Shown: positions 1 through 8,477 of the stretch, in pieces
How the letters are laid out: every line of letters begins with the position of its first letter
How positions within the stretch are numbered: position 1 is the stretch's first letter
IMG/VR virus record: IMGVR_UViG_3300033052_000036
Span: 5,671 to 69,670 of that record
Origin: a virus
DNA length: 64,000 nucleotides
Direction: 5' to 3' (one strand)
The notes under the pieces: model-generated
The model's input: only the letters and a program-made list of their open reading frames with translations
What the model was told of the DNA's origin: nothing
The model's database searches: none
Translations under genes and position numbers: made by a program

Positions 1-1472
1 TGCGTATCACCGACCTGAAAATCAACAACGTCTTGGGCGCGCGCCGCATCGGCCTGCGCCTGCCGACCCCGATCCTGCTGATCTGCGGCCGCAACGGCGC
101 CGCCAAGTCGAGCATCAATGAAAGCGTGCGCATGGCCTTTTCCGGCGCCGGCGTGCGCGCGGCCGCCAAGACCGGCAAGGACAAGTACGCCCAGCTCGTG
201 AGCGAAGGCGCCAAGGTTGGCCGCGCCGAGGTTGTCACCGACGCCGGCCGCGCCGAGTTCGTCCTGCCGGGCGGAGCATGGGGACTGTTCGACGGCTTCG
301 AGAACGGTCTGCCCGACGCCCTACCCTACGTGCTCGACGCCCAGCGCTTCGCCCAGCTCAGCGCAGAGGAGCGCCGCACCTTCCTGTTCGCCCTGACCAA
401 CTGCGCCGCGACGCCGGCGGAGATCCAGCGGCGCCTCGTGGAAGATAAGGGCTGCAATGCGGACAAGGTCGAGCAGGTCCTGCCGATGGTGCACGCCGGC
501 TTCCCGGCCGCGTGCGAGTTCGCCCAGGCCGAGGCCACCAAGGCCAAGGGCGCATGGCAGGCTGTCACCGGCGAGCGCTTCGGATCCAAGAAGGGCCTCG
601 ACTGGATCGCCCCGAATCCGACCGTCGACATGGACATGGCGGAGGCGATCGCAGCCGATCTCGCCCAGGCGCACAAGGCCGCCGGCGCCGCCCAGGAGAA
701 GCTGGACGCGGCCCGCGTGGGCATCGTGCATCACATGGCCCTGTTCCTCTACCAGCATTGCAAACTGCTCAACAGCATGGAACTGCTGGACGACACCGCC
801 CCGGATAGCCTGCTGCGCGCTTACGAGGCCGAGTTCGGCGGCCCGATCGCCGCTGGCGGCGTGCTGAGCGAGGACGATCACTACATCCTGCGCGACGAGC
901 TGGCGAAGGCGATGCACCGCGAGCACGAGCTGCGCGAGCAGCACGACAAGAACGCGGCCGACATCGCCCGGGCGAAGGCGGCCGCCGAAGTGACCGCCAA
1001 GGCGAAGGCGCACTTCAACGACGTGGCCGAATGGACCGCGATCGCCGAAGCGCTCGCGCCGGACGGCCTGCCGGCCGAGCTGCTGGCCCAGGCCCTCAAG
1101 CCGATCAATCACTTGCTGCGCGCGGCCAGCCTGACGACCGGATGGCGACAGCCGGCGATCGACGCCAACATGAACATCACGGCCGAGGGCCGGCCCTACG
1201 CGCTGCACTCGGTCTCCGAGAAGTGGCGCATCGACGCCATGATCGCGGCCGCGATCGCGCACCTGTCCGGCGTGAAGATCCTGCTGCTGGACGGCTTCGA
1301 CGTGCTCGAAGTGCCCGACCGCGACAAGCTGATGATCTGGCTCGACTCGCTGGCCGAGGTCGGCGCCCTGGAGACCGCGATCATCAACGCCACGCTCAAG
1401 GCGGCGCCGGCGGGCCTGCCGGATTCGATCACAGCGCTGTGGGTGGAAGGTGGGGAGCTGGTACACCCATGA
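1..1472 (+). CDS. SbcC/Rad50-like SMC-family ATPase; start ATG clipped by one base at the window edge
   Basis: Frame reads (M)RITDLKINNVLGARR. Walker A-like GRNGAAKSS, central coiled coil, signature-like HSVSEKWR, Walker B ILLLDGFD. Confidence 0.8.
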   Translation, partial: RITDLKINNVLGARRIGLRLPTPILLICGRNGAAKSSINESVRMAFSGAGVRAAAKTGKDKYAQLVSEGAKVGRAEVVTDAGRAEFVLPGGAWGLFDGFENGLPDALPYVLDAQRFAQLSAEERRTFLFALTNCAATPAEIQRRLVEDKGCNADKVEQVLPMVHAGFPAACEFAQAEATKAKGAWQAVTGERFGSKKGLDWIAPNPTVDMDMAEAIAADLAQAHKAAGAAQEKLDAARVGIVHHMALFLYQHCKLLNSMELLDDTAPDSLLRAYEAEFGGPIAAGGVLSEDDHYILRDELAKAMHREHELREQHDKNAADIARAKAAAEVTAKAKAHFNDVAEWTAIAEALAPDGLPAELLAQALKPINHLLRAASLTTGWRQPAIDANMNITAEGRPYALHSVSEKWRIDAMIAAAIAHLSGVKILLLDGFDVLEVPDRDKLMIWLDSLAEVGALETAIINATLKAAPAGLPDSITALWVEGGELVHP

Positions 1473-1924
1473 CCACCTCGACCGGAACCCGCGAGGGAAA
1501 GACGATCAGACGGTACTCCGCCGAGTTGCGCGAACAGGGTATAAGTCTGGTGCTGACGGAAGGCCTTACGCTCAAGAAAGCAGCGGCCCTCCTGAGCATC
1601 CCCGTAGCGACGCTTGGAAATTGGACAGGAGAAGCGCGCCGGACTTTATCAAAGGGCGCGCAGCACACCAATCCCACTACGGAAGGCATTCACCCTGCCC
1701 TTCACCGCGCTGTGCGCCTTGCGCCAGAAGGTAGCTTCTTCCTTCTGACACAGGAACTCGCCGACCTGCTCCGCTGCGATAGCGCCACAATCCTCCGAGC
1801 GTGCAGGGAGAAGGGGTATTACGAAGGGATCCGGCCGTACATCCTGGCCGGCCGGCACTTGTGGCCGATCGAGAAAATCTCCGAAATGCTATACGCCGCC
1901 GAAAAAGGGGCACACACACCATGA
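1469..1924 (+). CDS. Double helix-turn-helix DNA-binding protein (IS3 OrfA-like HTH plus excisionase/AlpA-like HTH)
   Basis: ATGA overlap with the upstream stop. N-terminal RRYSAELREQGISLV...AAALLSIPVATLGNW; C-terminal LLTQELADLLRCDSATILR...GRHLWP. Confidence 0.7.
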   Translation: MTTSTGTREGKTIRRYSAELREQGISLVLTEGLTLKKAAALLSIPVATLGNWTGEARRTLSKGAQHTNPTTEGIHPALHRAVRLAPEGSFFLLTQELADLLRCDSATILRACREKGYYEGIRPYILAGRHLWPIEKISEMLYAAEKGAHTP

Positions 1925-2004
1925 ACACCCCAGCAAATAGCTGGAGCGACGCCGATGCCGGCGATTCAGGCAAACCACTTGACCACCCAACCGAAGGAAT
2001 CAGC

Positions 2005-2319
2005 ATGACCGAAGAAACCACCCAACCAGCAGAGCAGACCGCCATGGAGCAGGCCGACCAGCCAATCAATCCCGCCGAAAGCGTCTACGAGGCCGAGATT
2101 GCCCCGCTGCTCGCCGCCCTCGGCGATAAGTGCCGCGAGCTGAATTTCCCGGCCCTCGTCGCGATCGGCACGCCGCCCGATACCGCGCCGTTCACGGTCC
2201 GCCTTACGGTCCTGCCGACGCGCGAAGGCCTCATCCCGAACGTGTTCAGCTCGGCGGCCTACGCCATGGGCGCACAAGGCCCGCACGCTGACGATGTCAT
2301 TGCGGAGACCCCGCAATGA
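2005..2319 (+). CDS. Hypothetical phage protein
   Basis: GAAGGA RBS before ATG 2005; alternative start at 1921 (ATGA overlap). Acidic globular composition. Confidence 0.7.
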   Translation: MTEETTQPAEQTAMEQADQPINPAESVYEAEIAPLLAALGDKCRELNFPALVAIGTPPDTAPFTVRLTVLPTREGLIPNVFSSAAYAMGAQGPHADDVIAETPQ

Positions 2320-2501
2320 TGGCCGTCACGGTCACGCCGGGCGCTGCGCTCGGCGCCGTCCTGATCGCCGGCGCGATCGGCGTGGCCCTGGGCCTGTGGA
2401 TCGCCTACAAGCTGCGCCGCGGCCCCAAGCACCGCGCGCGCGGCGGCCACTGCGGCGGCCACGACCACGACTTTGATACCGGCGGCGCCGGCGACGACTG
2501 A
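2316..2501 (+). CDS. Small single-pass membrane protein
   Basis: ATGA overlap. Hydrophobic ALGAVLIAGAIGVALGLWIAY followed by a basic/His-rich tail. Confidence 0.65.
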   Translation: MMAVTVTPGAALGAVLIAGAIGVALGLWIAYKLRRGPKHRARGGHCGGHDHDFDTGGAGDD

Positions 2502-2545
2502 CCACAACCGGCGGGGCTGCGGCCCCGCTATCTACAGGAGCATCC

Positions 2546-2845
2546 ATGCGCTTTATCGTTACTGGCCATCGCGTCGACCATGAAATGATCGGCGAGCTGG
2601 TCGAGATCCCCCAGGCCCCGGGCGAAGTCTTTGCCGTCCACCCGAACGTGTTCAAGGACATGAAGGAGGCGCCTTTCAGCGTCACCCACGTCGATTCCGG
2701 TTTCCGCATCGGCAAGGGCACGAGCATTCAAGGCGCGATCCACCACGCGCTCAATACGGCCCTCGACAACGGCCCCGAGAAGCTGGCGGCCGCGCTCGAT
2801 CTCGCGATCAGCCTGCGCAACAGCGTTGCCGTGAAAACGCAATGA
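2546..2845 (+). CDS. Hypothetical phage protein
   Basis: AGGAG RBS; normal amino-acid composition; coupled to the next ORF. Confidence 0.75.
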   Translation: MRFIVTGHRVDHEMIGELVEIPQAPGEVFAVHPNVFKDMKEAPFSVTHVDSGFRIGKGTSIQGAIHHALNTALDNGPEKLAAALDLAISLRNSVAVKTQ

Positions 2846-3030
2846 GCGGCCAGCTCGCACCGCCGGCCACGGCCGCCCAGGCTCTCGCCGAGCTGCGCGA
2901 GCTGCTCGCCAGCGACGGCTACGCCGTCACCTTCCTCTCCATGGGCGAATACCGGGCCGCGCTGCTGCGCACGGCCAGCGAGTACGCCCGCCGCTTCCCG
3001 GCCCATGACAGCGCACCGATCCCGGGCTGA
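2842..3030 (+). CDS. Hypothetical phage protein
   Basis: ATGA overlap with the upstream gene; helical composition. Confidence 0.6.
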   Translation: MSGQLAPPATAAQALAELRELLASDGYAVTFLSMGEYRAALLRTASEYARRFPAHDSAPIPG

Positions 3031-3247
3031 GCTGGTCGACCTCGCGCGCCGGATCCGCTCGCCTCGAACACCGCCCATCTACCACTTCTCGCCCTGGAAC
3101 GTGGAGCAGTTCGCCGAGGCGATCGCGGCCGGCGCCGGCGATCCGCTGGAGGTGGCGAACAGCCTGCCGCGCCATCAATCGGCGTGCATACCGCTAAGCA
3201 AGAAGGATGTCTTGGCCCTGCATCGGGCTCTTAGTCGCATATCTTAG
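3005..3247 (+). CDS. Hypothetical phage protein
   Basis: Continues the + strand operon and ends just before the parA promoter; start uncertain. Confidence 0.5.
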   Translation: MTAHRSRAELVDLARRIRSPRTPPIYHFSPWNVEQFAEAIAAGAGDPLEVANSLPRHQSACIPLSKKDVLALHRALSRIS

Positions 3248-3273
3248 TTTTGATTCTTTTTCGGGTATTTGCG

Positions 3274-3302
3274 TTGCAAATAGTCATCTTGCGATTTATC
3301 AT
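3274..3302 (+). promoter_or_regulatory. Sigma70-type promoter of parAB
   Basis: TTGCAA (3274-3279), 17-bp spacer, TATCAT (3297-3302); AAGGA RBS before ATG 3334. Confidence 0.7.
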
Positions 3303-3333
3303 GCAATGGCCTACAACTTGATTAAGGACAACT

Positions 3334-4473
3334 ATGGACCAAGATCCACGCATTGCACGGCTGCTCGGAGAAGCGGCCGGCGCAGTTTACCCGCGTCCCT
3401 ACCTGGGCGTGCGCCTGAAACTGGCGAAGGAATTTGCCGACTACGACGGCGACGATCGTAAATTCCGCGACCTCGCCAAGCAAGCCGGCGTCGCCATGCC
3501 CGGCGAAAACATCCAGAAGTTCTACACCCCGGCCGAGATCCGCCGAATCCGCCAGTTCATCATGTCTCGCCAGTCCGAGAATGCCGGCATGGCGGTGAAA
3601 CTTGCCCTGATGATTTTCCGCATCACGAAGGGCGGCGTAGGCAAGACCACGACCTCTGCCAACGTCGCCTCCTGCTTAGCGCATTTCGGCTTTCGCGTGC
3701 TCGTGATCGATGCTGACTCCCAGGGTTCGATCAGCACCACGCTCGGCTACAACATCAGCACGCCGGATCTCGTGCACGTCGGCACGCTGCTGGAGCGTAT
3801 CAGCCGCGGCGTGCCGTCGGGGATCCGCGATGCGGTTGTCCCGATCTACGAGGGCGGGATGCTCGACCTGATCCCGGCCGACATCACGCTCGCCAACGAA
3901 GCATGGATGTACTCGGCCAGCGCGCGCGAAAGCCTGTTTTCCCGCCTGATGAAGAAAGAGGCCGAGTTCTTCAACGAGTATGACGCGGTCATTGTCGACT
4001 GCGCCCCGGGGACCTCGCTGCTCGCCACTTCCATGATGGCCGCGAGCGACATTGTCACGGCCGTTGTCACACCTGAGCCACAAGCGCTACTCGGCCTGTT
4101 CGGCCTGGAATCGAACCTGCGCGAGATCAATGAAGTGCTGCGCGATCCCAGCTCGCCGGTATCGATGCACATTGTCACGAACCGATTCAGCCAGTCCTAC
4201 GGCGCCCACATGAAGGCGCTGCAATGGCTGATCGATGAGTTCGGCCCGTATGTGAACGACACAGTCGTTCGCAGCTATGCCGGCTTCATGCGCGAGGTGA
4301 ACATGGAGGACGTGACCAAGTCGGCGCCGCTGCTGGAACGCGAGCCCACCAGCTCGGCCGCGCGCAACATCATGGACCTGACCCGCTCCCTTATCCATCT
4401 GTACAACGTCCGCATGCGCGTACCCGCCTTCCCGGTGCCGGTGGCGGCCGCTGAAAGCGAGGTCGTAGCATGA
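3334..4473 (+). CDS. parA: Type Ia ParA partition ATPase with N-terminal HTH extension
   Basis: Deviant Walker A KGGVGKTT, A' VIDADSQG, B VIVDCAPG; about 95-aa N-terminal extension. Confidence 0.95.
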   Translation: MDQDPRIARLLGEAAGAVYPRPYLGVRLKLAKEFADYDGDDRKFRDLAKQAGVAMPGENIQKFYTPAEIRRIRQFIMSRQSENAGMAVKLALMIFRITKGGVGKTTTSANVASCLAHFGFRVLVIDADSQGSISTTLGYNISTPDLVHVGTLLERISRGVPSGIRDAVVPIYEGGMLDLIPADITLANEAWMYSASARESLFSRLMKKEAEFFNEYDAVIVDCAPGTSLLATSMMAASDIVTAVVTPEPQALLGLFGLESNLREINEVLRDPSSPVSMHIVTNRFSQSYGAHMKALQWLIDEFGPYVNDTVVRSYAGFMREVNMEDVTKSAPLLEREPTSSAARNIMDLTRSLIHLYNVRMRVPAFPVPVAAAESEVVA

Positions 4474-5507
4474 GCGGTAATCGCCCAGGTGGAGGCGCGA
4501 AGGCCTCTGGCTTGGCCGGCCTCATGGCCGCCGGCAAGCTCCGCGAGCCGGCGAACGGCACTACTGGCAACTCGCCGGCCGGCTGGGTGCCACGCCCGTC
4601 GCTCACCGGCGTGGCGCCGGCGAAACTAGAGCCCGTACATGTCGCGGAATGGGATCTTGCCCCGGACGGCAAGATCTTCATTCTCCCGGTCGACCTGATC
4701 GATGACTCTCCCTACCAGCCCGAGCACGAAAGCCGGGACCGCTACGAGCCGGAAGGCCTCTCCGAGCTGGCCCACACGATTGCACACGAAGGCCAGAAAG
4801 AGCCCATCCAAGTGCGCCGCGTCGACGGCCGCTTTGAGCTGATCGCCGGGCATCGCCGGATCCGCGCCGTCCGCCTGCTTGGCTGGACGGAGATCCAGGG
4901 CATGATCCGCACGCTGGACGACGCCGGCGCCGAGCGCGCGCTGATGGTGCACAACGAGGGCGTCCGGGGAGATCCCGACTATCGGAAGGCGAAACGGTAT
5001 CAACGTGCGCTCGATCGCGGGTATGCGAAGAACCAGAGCGATCTGGCGGCCATGTTCGCCGCGACGCAAGGAACGGTCTCGCGCCGCCTCAAGATGCTGC
5101 GCCTGCCGGCGCCGATCATCGCCCTGCTGAACGAGGACAATGCTCTGTTCGGCTGCACAACCGGGCTCGTGGTCGAAGAACTGGCCCAGCAGCATCCAAC
5201 CAAGATTGATTTGCTTACCCAGGCGGTTGAACGGATCGCGAAGGAAAACGCCTCTGAGAACTCCATCAAGAGCTGGTTCATGCAAATGCTCCAGACGCAA
5301 GGCCGGGATGCGTCACCGCCGGCAGAGCGGCCGGAACCGCACGTAATCAAGGACGCGCGCGGCATTCGCCTCTATACCGCTAAACTGGAAGGGCGCGCGG
5401 TGAAGGTTCAATTACATGACACGAAAGCCGCTCCTGCCGTTATACTGGAGAAAGTTTCTGAATTTCTGCGAAAACTGACCGAAGAATCAAAAACAGACGA
5501 ACCATGA
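4470..5507 (+). CDS. parB: ParB/RepB/Spo0J partition protein
   Basis: IDDSPYQP, GQKEPIQVR, ELIAGHRRIRA (GxRR CTPase motif), central HTH (NQSDLAAMFAATQGTVSRRL); ATGA-coupled to parA. Confidence 0.95.
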   Translation: MSGNRPGGGAKASGLAGLMAAGKLREPANGTTGNSPAGWVPRPSLTGVAPAKLEPVHVAEWDLAPDGKIFILPVDLIDDSPYQPEHESRDRYEPEGLSELAHTIAHEGQKEPIQVRRVDGRFELIAGHRRIRAVRLLGWTEIQGMIRTLDDAGAERALMVHNEGVRGDPDYRKAKRYQRALDRGYAKNQSDLAAMFAATQGTVSRRLKMLRLPAPIIALLNEDNALFGCTTGLVVEELAQQHPTKIDLLTQAVERIAKENASENSIKSWFMQMLQTQGRDASPPAERPEPHVIKDARGIRLYTAKLEGRAVKVQLHDTKAAPAVILEKVSEFLRKLTEESKTDEP

Positions 5508-5522
5508 ATATGATTTTCCTTA

Positions 5523-5561
5523 AAAATCAAGGACTTAGAAATTATTCGACTCGAATAATTT
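5523..5561. repeat. 39-bp direct repeat, copy 1: IHF box plus 23-bp palindrome (candidate parS)
   Basis: AAAATCAAGGACTTAGAAATTATTCGACTCGAATAATTT. Matches IHF consensus WATCAANNNNTTR, then perfect palindrome AAATTATTCGA-C-TCGAATAATTT (5539-5561). Confidence 0.85.
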
Positions 5562-5613
5562 ACCGTCCTGCGGTTAAAAGGAGCAAGGGATGAGATAACC
5601 ATCCTTAAATGAG

Positions 5614-5646
5614 AAAACCCCCCAGCTTGCCGGCTGGGGGGTTTTT
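5614..5646. terminator. Intrinsic terminator after parB, possibly bidirectional
   Basis: AAAA-CCCCCCAGC-ttgccg-GCTGGGGGG-TTTTT. Confidence 0.85.
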
Positions 5647-5649
5647 GCT

Positions 5650-6130
5650 TTTTGGAGCTTCGAGAGGGGACCTTAGCGGACCCGGTGCATGAGAAACACC
5701 ATCCTATTCCCCTCCCGCTACTCCGTCAACCTGTACTTTCACCCCCCTTGTGGGGAGGGAAGGGGCTACTTACGCCCCTCCAACCTGCGCGCGTTTGCAC
5801 GTCCATTTGCCTCGGCTCGGCGCGCGCATACAGAACTCGGCATAGAGCGGGATCTCCGAAAATGCCGACTGGTGATAGCGAGATGGTCAAGCCAGCGGAG
5901 CGCGTCCCAAGCGCGTATTGACCAAGCCCCGACGACTCGGATTGAGCGGGGCGGCCACTGCGATATACCTGGCTCCGGCCTCGATGTATCGACGGTCAAA
6001 GCTCAACCTTTCCTTGTCAGGACGGGTTAGGGATAGCTTTGGCCGTCAGCTCAACCCTCCACCAGCCCCGATAAGGGGTTTGAAGTTGAATAGCAAGATC
6101 TTAGGTTGAAGAAATGTTAACTAATACTTG
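5650..6130. ncRNA. Candidate structured non-coding RNA or replication origin
   Basis: About 480 bp with no credible ORF. Stacked hairpins AGGGGC/GCCCCT, TCGGCAT/ATGCCGA, GGTCAA/TTGACC, CCCTCCC/GGGAGGG, and recurring (T/C)CAACC motifs. Confidence 0.4.
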
Positions 6131-6329
6131 GGGTTCAAAAAAAAGCAGCCGGTGCGGTTCGCGCAGCGAATCGGATCGGAACTACACCCGCGACCTGGGC
6201 GAACCGCGACGCGATTTACAACCTCAATCCCCTGCACTCCCCCCTTGGGTATCCACGACCCTGGCTAAATTCCAAGTTTTTGCAAAGTCACTTTTAAACT
6301 CGGTCGTACCTTAACCGAGTGAGATCACC

Positions 6330-6956
6330 ATGCACACTGAATTGAAGAACCCGGAACACGTCGCGCAAGCCTTGATGGCCTTTGCCTTGCAGACCACGCG
6401 CGCGGCGCAAGAACTGATCGAGGCCGGCCAGTCCAGCGCCGAGCTGAGCCCGGAAACCGCCCGTGTCATCCAGATCTGGCAGAACGGGGAGCGACAGGGA
6501 GCACAAGGGGACTACCTGCACCCCACCGCCCAGGCGATCGAGGCCGATTCGGAAACCGAGCTGTTCGCCATCATCACAGCCGTGCGCGCGATGCGTGACG
6601 CGATCGAGCGCAGCGCACTCTCGCCCGCGCTGCGCGTATGGGCGGCCGTCGAGCTGGCCTATCAGCTCATGCCCGGCGACGTTGACGCGGATTACGTGGA
6701 ACTGGTGGCGGCGGACGTGCGCGCCGAGCGCAGCGCGATCCTGCCCTACGATGTCGTCATGCGCACCGTCGGCAAGGCGCTGATCATGGCGAAAACCGCC
6801 GGCCGCGCGCCGCTGCGCCCGGAAATGCGGGACTTCATCGAGCACGCCGAGCGCATGTTCAACAGCGCGAACTTCGCGCCGCGGATTCTCGGCGTCGATC
6901 TGGGCGCCGGCGACGATCAAACCGTGACTACTCGGATTGAGGGCGCCGGATGCTGA
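6330..6956 (+). CDS. Hypothetical phage protein
   Basis: GAG RBS preceded by hairpin ACTCGGT/ACCGAGT; helical protein composition. Confidence 0.75.
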   Translation: MHTELKNPEHVAQALMAFALQTTRAAQELIEAGQSSAELSPETARVIQIWQNGERQGAQGDYLHPTAQAIEADSETELFAIITAVRAMRDAIERSALSPALRVWAAVELAYQLMPGDVDADYVELVAADVRAERSAILPYDVVMRTVGKALIMAKTAGRAPLRPEMRDFIEHAERMFNSANFAPRILGVDLGAGDDQTVTTRIEGAGC

Positions 6957-7240
6957 TGAAACCCACTCCGATCCCGTGGGGCGTGCGCGTCGTCACCAGC
7001 GAGACCTCGCGCGAGGTCGAGATCCTGGGCGCGAACGAGCAGACCATCGCATGCAATTCCCCGGACTCGCCTACGCCGATCTCCGAGGCCGACGCGGTGC
7101 TGATCGTGCGCGCGGTGAACAACCATGACGCGCTGGTGGACCTGCTGCACCAGTACATGCGCCACTCCCCGCTTGACGCACTCGGCTCTCACCTATTCCG
7201 ACGCGGCCGCGCCCTCCTGGCCGGCATGGAGGCCCAATGA
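6950..7240 (+). CDS. Hypothetical phage protein (TPxPW...LIVxAVN type)
   Basis: Overlaps the upstream stop; KPTPIPW and ADAVLIVRAVNNHDALVDLL resemble a common small phage family. Confidence 0.7.
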   Translation: MLMKPTPIPWGVRVVTSETSREVEILGANEQTIACNSPDSPTPISEADAVLIVRAVNNHDALVDLLHQYMRHSPLDALGSHLFRRGRALLAGMEAQ

Positions 7241-7863
7241 AGCGCCGCCACGCCAAACACCAAGCCGGCCGGATGGGTGCGAGCCTGCACCGCGCCCATG
7301 CGGCCCTCACGGCCGAGCGTTACGAGCTGGACTTGGCCCGCAACGCGATCGCCTCCCTGAACCGTCGCAACGAGCACGAGCGTGCCCGGGCGCGCGCCGC
7401 CCAGGAGGATCTGGCCGATGAACTTGGGCGCTTGCGCCGCTTCTTCGCCCAGGTGCATAGCCTCGTCGGGCACACCTCCATGGCGGTCGGCCACCCACCG
7501 CGCTATGACTGGCGAGTGGATCCGCGCGATGTGGTCTATATGCAGCGCCTCGTTCCTTTCGATATGGGGAGGTTCGATCCGAAGGCGATGACCGCCCCGG
7601 TCCCGATCGAACGCGAAATGCTGCGCCTGCTGCGCATTAAGGCGGTTCGCGACGAGATCAACCAATACACCACTGTGCACGTCACGCTGCGCGATCGCGG
7701 TGTCGCATTAGGAATCAGCGATTACGCGATCGACAACGCGCCGAAGGATGTGCTGTGCCAGCGGTTCGCCGACGAGATCGCCGAGCGCTTATTCGATGAA
7801 TTGCGCCCAGGTCACGACGAATTAAATAGGCGGCCTAATCAGCGAAGCATGCCTTTCTTTTAA
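7237..7863 (+). CDS. Hypothetical phage protein with N-terminal coiled coil
   Basis: ATGA overlap; followed by a terminator. Confidence 0.75.
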   Translation: MKRRHAKHQAGRMGASLHRAHAALTAERYELDLARNAIASLNRRNEHERARARAAQEDLADELGRLRRFFAQVHSLVGHTSMAVGHPPRYDWRVDPRDVVYMQRLVPFDMGRFDPKAMTAPVPIEREMLRLLRIKAVRDEINQYTTVHVTLRDRGVALGISDYAIDNAPKDVLCQRFADEIAERLFDELRPGHDELNRRPNQRSMPFF

Positions 7864-7870
7864 TTCTGTG

Positions 7871-7891
7871 GCGGCCTCCGGGCCGCTTTTT
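7871..7891 (+). terminator. Intrinsic terminator
   Basis: GCGGCC-tccg-GGCCGC-TTTTT. Confidence 0.75.
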
Positions 7892-8004
7892 ACATCCCCG
7901 CAATTCTCTCCAATAATTCCAGCTTAAAAAATCCTTCTCGAATCGCATTGTGCGCGATTACAATTACAACCGCCATTTGTAACTTGATGAGAAAGGATTT
8001 TCCA

Positions 8005-8370
8005 ATGGTCGATGTAAGTACACTGTCCCTGGCCGAATTGAAACAATTGCGGTCGGATATTGATGCAGCACTGGCACGCGCCCAGAAGCGCGAAATTGAA
8101 GAAGCGCGGGACAAAGTCATGGCAATTGCGCATGGCTTCAATATGCCGCTCGATACTTTCTTGGAACACGTCGGCCTCCTGGGCGGAAAGAAGGGCGTGA
8201 TTCGCGAGCACAAGATGCCGAAGGCCGCCGGCCCGAAGATCGAGCGCTACCGCAATCCGAATGATCACCGGCAGACTTGGAGCGGGCGCGGCCGCAAGCC
8301 GGATTGGGTGCGCACCTCTGGCCTCCCGATCGAAGCGCTGGAGAACCCGGAATTCAAGGCGCCAGAATAA
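8005..8370 (+). CDS. hns: H-NS family nucleoid-associated protein
   Basis: N-terminal oligomerisation helix (LSLAELKQLRSDID), C-terminal YRNPND..TWSGRGRKPDW signature; GAAAGGA RBS. Confidence 0.92.
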   Translation: MVDVSTLSLAELKQLRSDIDAALARAQKREIEEARDKVMAIAHGFNMPLDTFLEHVGLLGGKKGVIREHKMPKAAGPKIERYRNPNDHRQTWSGRGRKPDWVRTSGLPIEALENPEFKAPE

Positions 8371-8382
8371 CGAATATCCAAT

Positions 8383-8421
8383 AAAATCAATGACTTAAAA
8401 ATTATTCGACTCGAATAATTT
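8383..8421. repeat. 39-bp direct repeat, copy 2: IHF box plus 23-bp palindrome
   Basis: AAAATCAATGACTTAAAAATTATTCGACTCGAATAATTT; 37/39 identical to 5523-5561 in the same orientation. Confidence 0.85.
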
Positions 8422-8426
8422 GGACG

Positions 8427-8465
8427 AAAAAAAAGCGAGCCACGGATACCCGGGCTCGCTTTTTT
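8427..8465. terminator. Bidirectional intrinsic terminator between hns and the giant gene
   Basis: A8-GCGAGCC...GGCTCGC-T6 between convergent genes. Confidence 0.85.
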
Positions 8466-8477
8466 GCTTCTGGCTGA

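Noticed and set aside
1469-1924. Possible IS3 element
   Set aside because: Only an HTH is present: no OrfB DDE domain, terminal inverted repeats or target duplication, and the gene is operon-coupled on both sides.
5761-5820. Minus-strand GAGCCG...GGTTGGAGGGG, resembling group II intron domain V
   Set aside because: Spacing is too long, there is no proper DV stem with a GNRA loop, and no intron-encoded RT or interrupted gene.
5830-5844. ACAGAACTCGGCATA, resembling the RNase P RNA 3' motif ACAGAAxxCGGCUUA
   Set aside because: The partner motif GAGGAAAGUC needed for helix P4 is not present upstream.
5904-5912. GTCCCAAGC, resembling twister ribozyme loop 4
   Set aside because: Stem register is off by one and the UA cleavage strand and pseudoknot partners could not be found.
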